DNA of 64,000 bases from Raillietiella orientalis (taxonomy: Eukaryota). The notes under the pieces are model-generated. The model was not told the DNA's origin, searched no databases, and saw only the letters and a list, made by a program, of their open reading frames with translations. The position numbers were made by a program, and so were the translations under genes. The stretch lies in contig JAYWIR010000035.1 in NCBI GenBank assembly GCA_036172245.1, positions 2,046,001-2,110,000 of the forward strand, in the 5' to 3' direction. Shown here piece by piece: positions 59,541-64,000 of the stretch; position 1 is the first letter of the stretch, and every line of letters starts with the position of its first letter.

Positions 59541-62500
59541 CCTACATCCAGTCTCAAAATTTTTGAAGATTAACAACTTGAAATGCTTGCATCATTAGGA
59601 TGATGCATAAGCACCCCGGACATGCTTTTCAGTTAAAGTTAAATATTCTCCATCTTCTCCCTGATTAACTTTTCTACAACACACTTGCAAAAATTACTAA
59701 ACTGCATGATCACATCCACATTTCAACTGCTGCTATTTAAGATGACCGCAAGAGAAAAAAATAATAACTGAGATTTACGAAACCACTTTCACCAACAGAA
59801 TAGGGGAAGTGGCATATACCTTTAACTGAAACTGAAAAAAACTCACTTAATACTTACTTATTACACAACTTCAACATCAACTCTGAACAGAATTTTTTTT
59901 AAACTAATTTTTCATATTTTCATGATGCAGTTTTGTCTAAGATCTAAAAGTTTATGAACATTAACCTACAGGTGCTTCCCAAAATTTTTGTTCAATACTC
60001 AAAACACATTACATCCGATGGCCCTTAATTCTTTCAGCTAAAGATTGCATTTCTGAATACAAGCGCATTTCGCATTTCTGAAATATTGTATCATCAAAGT
60101 TGTTACATTTGTAATATTTCTTTATAAACTGGGAAAAAAATTGCGTTATGACTTTCGACTTACAAAGAGAAGGCAGAGTTCACCTTTACGTTCGGTTCTC
60201 GGGCAGTTTTCACCCTCAAACGACCGCTTTCGAACAAATTTGAAAATGATTTTTCATTTCAATGCACAAAAAGAATTTTCCATGTAATTGTATTTACAGA
60301 TCGGAATCCAAGATATTGAAGTTGAAAGTGATTCATGCATTACGTTTCTCCCCTGATGGGCTTGAAAATTCGTTTCAAGCAAAACGCTTATTTCGTCTTC
60401 TGAAGGTAGAAGACACATTGAAACTCTAAGCTTCACCCTGGAATGAGCAAAAGTCCAACCGGGACAAACTTCCCCAAAGGCTTTTGCCATTTACAAACGA
60501 ATAGGACGTGCAGTCAGAACTTGCGATGAAATACACGAACATGCATAAAAGGGATCATGAGCTGCAGATAGACCCATCCCTCCACAGTATTCCATGGAGC
60601 GAGGGACCTACGATGAGCAGTAGGGAGACGTCGACGATAAGCAAGTAACCTAATCATTGAGGGTTTAGAATTGCCGATGACAGCCCGAAAATTCTACGGT
60701 ATTTATTATGGAGTTGAAACACACTCCAAAAAAAAGAGATGATCGAAAAGATGTACTTCGACTACACCCACATGAAAACATGCTGAAAATAAGAATCCTT
60801 GTTAGAAATAAATGCGTAATGGTGTACATTTCTTACAGAAATTATCGCTCTTATAGAAAAGAAAAAAAAAAAAAGAAGGAAATCTTGGAAGTCTTGGAAC
60901 CCTTCGTGCGTCTCCATAGCAAGCAAGAAGTTCAAGTTAAGCAGCTAAGTCAAATGACACCGAATGACAGCAATCAACCTTTTAATCACAATTTGCAACC
61001 AAATGCAGAATGGGAATATAATTTCATTAATATTGATGACGAACCTGGAATCAATTACAATTTGATATTTTGACACCGTCAGTTTTTGCAGCTGAAATGA
61101 GTTCTCACGAAAAGCGCCGAAGAGAATTTCTAATTCACCCATGGTGATTGAATAAAGGTCCAAATTTCTGGAACGTAAGCATACCGAATGCTCAGCAATT
61201 TCAGTGACTGGAAAACTAAAAGCATTTCTGTTGAATAAATTTTATTAATACATATTTTGTTGTGTGATAGTTCTGAACAACCATTGTACGCCAAAAGTAA
61301 TTAAAAAAAAATATAGCATTTCTAGCAAGCTTTGGTCTTCTAATTATTCCCATAAGTATAAACAACCACTATCTTGCATATTCTAAACTACTGTCACCAT
61401 TTATAACGGCGTTTTGAACTTCAGCAATGAAAACCAAAAACTGTATTTATTTAGATTTGTATTTAATACCTTCTATTTACTCACTGGATTCGATGAAGCA
61501 TACGTGCACCTTAATAATTCAATTCTTTACAGAGAAACTCGATCAATCATGAAAAAAATTATTGAATCTTCCTTTTAAGCAATTTAAATGTTCCTTTCAC
61601 TTGTTTTAAGAATCGGTGTCTTCATAAGGATTGGAAACAGACATGAAAGAGGAACTGTCCGATAACTGATGCTAATTGTAATTAATTTTACTTCTTAGGA
61701 TAACAAAAATGCTGACGAAGAATAAAAAGTAAATTGCTTCGTATTGCTTGCTAAAAAGAATCAGGGAATTCTAAGAATGAAAACCCAACAAGTTTGGCTT
61801 GAACTCTTCTTCCCAATCTTAGTTTGTTCTGAGGACTCGGAAGACTTCCCGATTACTAGTTATTATACCATTTAGCAAAAGATGCCATCAAGGCACACAA
61901 CAGGCTCTGAAAGACCATCAAGTTTGCTGTTTTTTTCTTGAAGAGACGTATTTCCTAAAAAATAAGTGCAGTTACTTTACAGATGCTTGTTCCTTATTGG
62001 TAATTCTGTCAAATCTTGGCTAAGGATTCTGTTCTTAAACAAAACAATCCAGTCTTCTGAATATTCTACGCTCGAAACCAAGCTCTAAACACCTTATATC
62101 TTCTTATTTCCTTGAAAAACAACTCTAGCGATCGCAAAGATGCAGCTGATTTTTGCTTTTCAAAGACTGAATTCTGCTTTCGGTTTTCTTATTATTTCCT
62201 ACTACTCAGCTCAAAGGGTTAAGCAGCATTAACCCTTTCAATTGAATCCGAACATTTTATAGGATGCTAATTCATATGTGTTTTCCGGTCAATTACTCGG
62301 TCGAAAATTTCAAATTGGAGATTCAGGATTATTTAGACAAGTACTGCCACAGATATAACTTCAGTGGTTACATACCACAAACTTTGCATTTCCAATAAGG
62401 AAATGAAAATTTTTCAAGGAGCTCCTTTTTCATTGGCAGCAATTTGAAAACACTTCAAATTATTCTAATTTTTTTTGGTAGCGTTGGAATTTATCGTAGG

Positions 62501-62636
62501 TAAGAATTATTTTATTATTCCAGCCAAAAAAAAATCAACTGTTTTGCATTTATGGAAGATTTGTCTCGTTCAATTTTTGGTTTTCTCAGATTTATGACTA
62601 CTGACACTTCTGACTACAGAGGCAGTCCATCTAACA

Positions 62637-63283
62637 CTATTTTGGGAGTCCATCTCGAGTTCCAGGCACAAAGTTTTGCAAAGCTTTAATCCAATATGGC
62701 TGCTGCGGAAACAAACAAAGTTGAACTCTTTTGATGAATAGTTTCAGAAAACAAATATGTGTGGATTGTAACCAACATGGACCGAGTAAATCATGAAAAA
62801 GACCAACTTTCGTTACTCCATGATTCAAATAAATGTCCGAAACCACAGTTTCGCACGAATTATCTTGGAGTGTGCTCTTACATGTGAGTAATTTGATTTC
62901 GGAAGGATGTTCCCGGAGGGAACCAAGACCCAAAGCATTCGTGTCTGCAAGTTTCTTTCCAACACCACTCCATATCGCTTTTTCCTGAAGTTTTTTGCTT
63001 TGCTCTGCCTGGTTGAAGCAGAAGAATTGCTTATTCGTCTGACTGCAAGAAGATAACTCAGAACCTATGATTCAGATACTTCAGAAACTGTTCTCCATGG
63101 AAGGAAAAGCATCTACAAAAATGGTTTTTTTTTTCCCAGATATAATAAATTCATAGATTCCTGCATATATAATTGCAAATCAAATCAAAACCTTACCTGG
63201 TGGAAATCTGTATCCAGCAATTGCTCATGTGGATGAAATCCTGGATAAGGCTCATTCTGCTTCACTGAATTTTCCTTTTTACG
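62637..63283 (-). CDS. Candidate exons of an unidentified gene
   Basis: An 87-nt open segment (63283-63197, RKKENSVKQNEPYPGFHPHEQLLDTDFHQ) bounded by cag and gtaagg. A ~135-codon open frame follows ctcttgcag (~63042-62637) in AT-rich DNA. No recognisable domain. Confidence 0.3.
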
Positions 63284-64000
63284 CTGAAGCAATGGAAATC
63301 ACATGGTGAGACTGGGATGGAGCATATCGCTCATGGAAGAAAAAGATAGACGAATCATTCAGAATTCCTTTGCTTTGGTTTCTACAGAATTCCTGTAAAA
63401 AACTGACATATTTAAGTATTGCTGACTTTCATAAAAAGAACAGTGATCGATTTTTTTAACTTAATTCTATGTCAGATTTCTCACAATATTTCAAGATGAG
63501 ATCACTTTGAGACAAATGCTTTCTATCCCTGCTTTTGAATGCATGATCGCATTTCACATATGTAAAACAAAACAAGACTCTTACAGCTTGCAAGCCATTT
63601 CATTTTGTTCCAATTCTGTGTTTTTTCATTTTGAACTTTTACTATGGATATGAGTGACACGGATATGATAAATTGTATCAACCATTCAAAAATCATTTTT
63701 GTTTGTTGATACTAGTAATATTCAGAGGCAGATCGAGTTATTGCAAGTCTAAATTGTGGATCGATGTAGATAAGCTGGAGAGTTGCTGAAGAATGACGGA
63801 AAGCGAAATTCATTTGAAATATGAGGAGAAGCATCAATCGTAGCTTTGAATTCGACGATAAAGAGAGAGAAAGCATTGGGTCTAGAATGAAGTTTCAATA
63901 TGAACCAATTCCGAAAAATTTTATTCAGCTGAAGCTCCTCAGTGGGCGACTTTACTTCTATGTATTCTCTGGGTACTTTGCACGCCATATCAAACTTTGC

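Overview
Eukaryotic (probably invertebrate animal) nuclear DNA. It contains one apparently intact gene, a compact 4-exon mitochondrial NAD-dependent isocitrate dehydrogenase alpha subunit (IDH3A, 38307-39551 +, with two 44-nt introns). It also has a DM-domain (doublesex/mab-3/DMRT family) exon with an unusually divergent DM sequence (~59234-59540 -). Most of 5-31 kb is a GC-rich graveyard of frameshifted L1/Tx1-clade LINE fragments on both strands. Interleaved with these are two copies of a tRNA(His)-like-headed SINE, two copies of an AT-rich foldback MITE, a TTAA-ended piggyBac-like non-autonomous element and a mitochondrial 16S rRNA insertion (NUMT). Several other stretches look like decayed protein-coding sequence (RING/B-box-like, ankyrin-like) that I cannot assign firmly. 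I found no CRISPR array, operon or clearly novel multi-gene system. All alignments were done by eye, so element boundaries are approximate.
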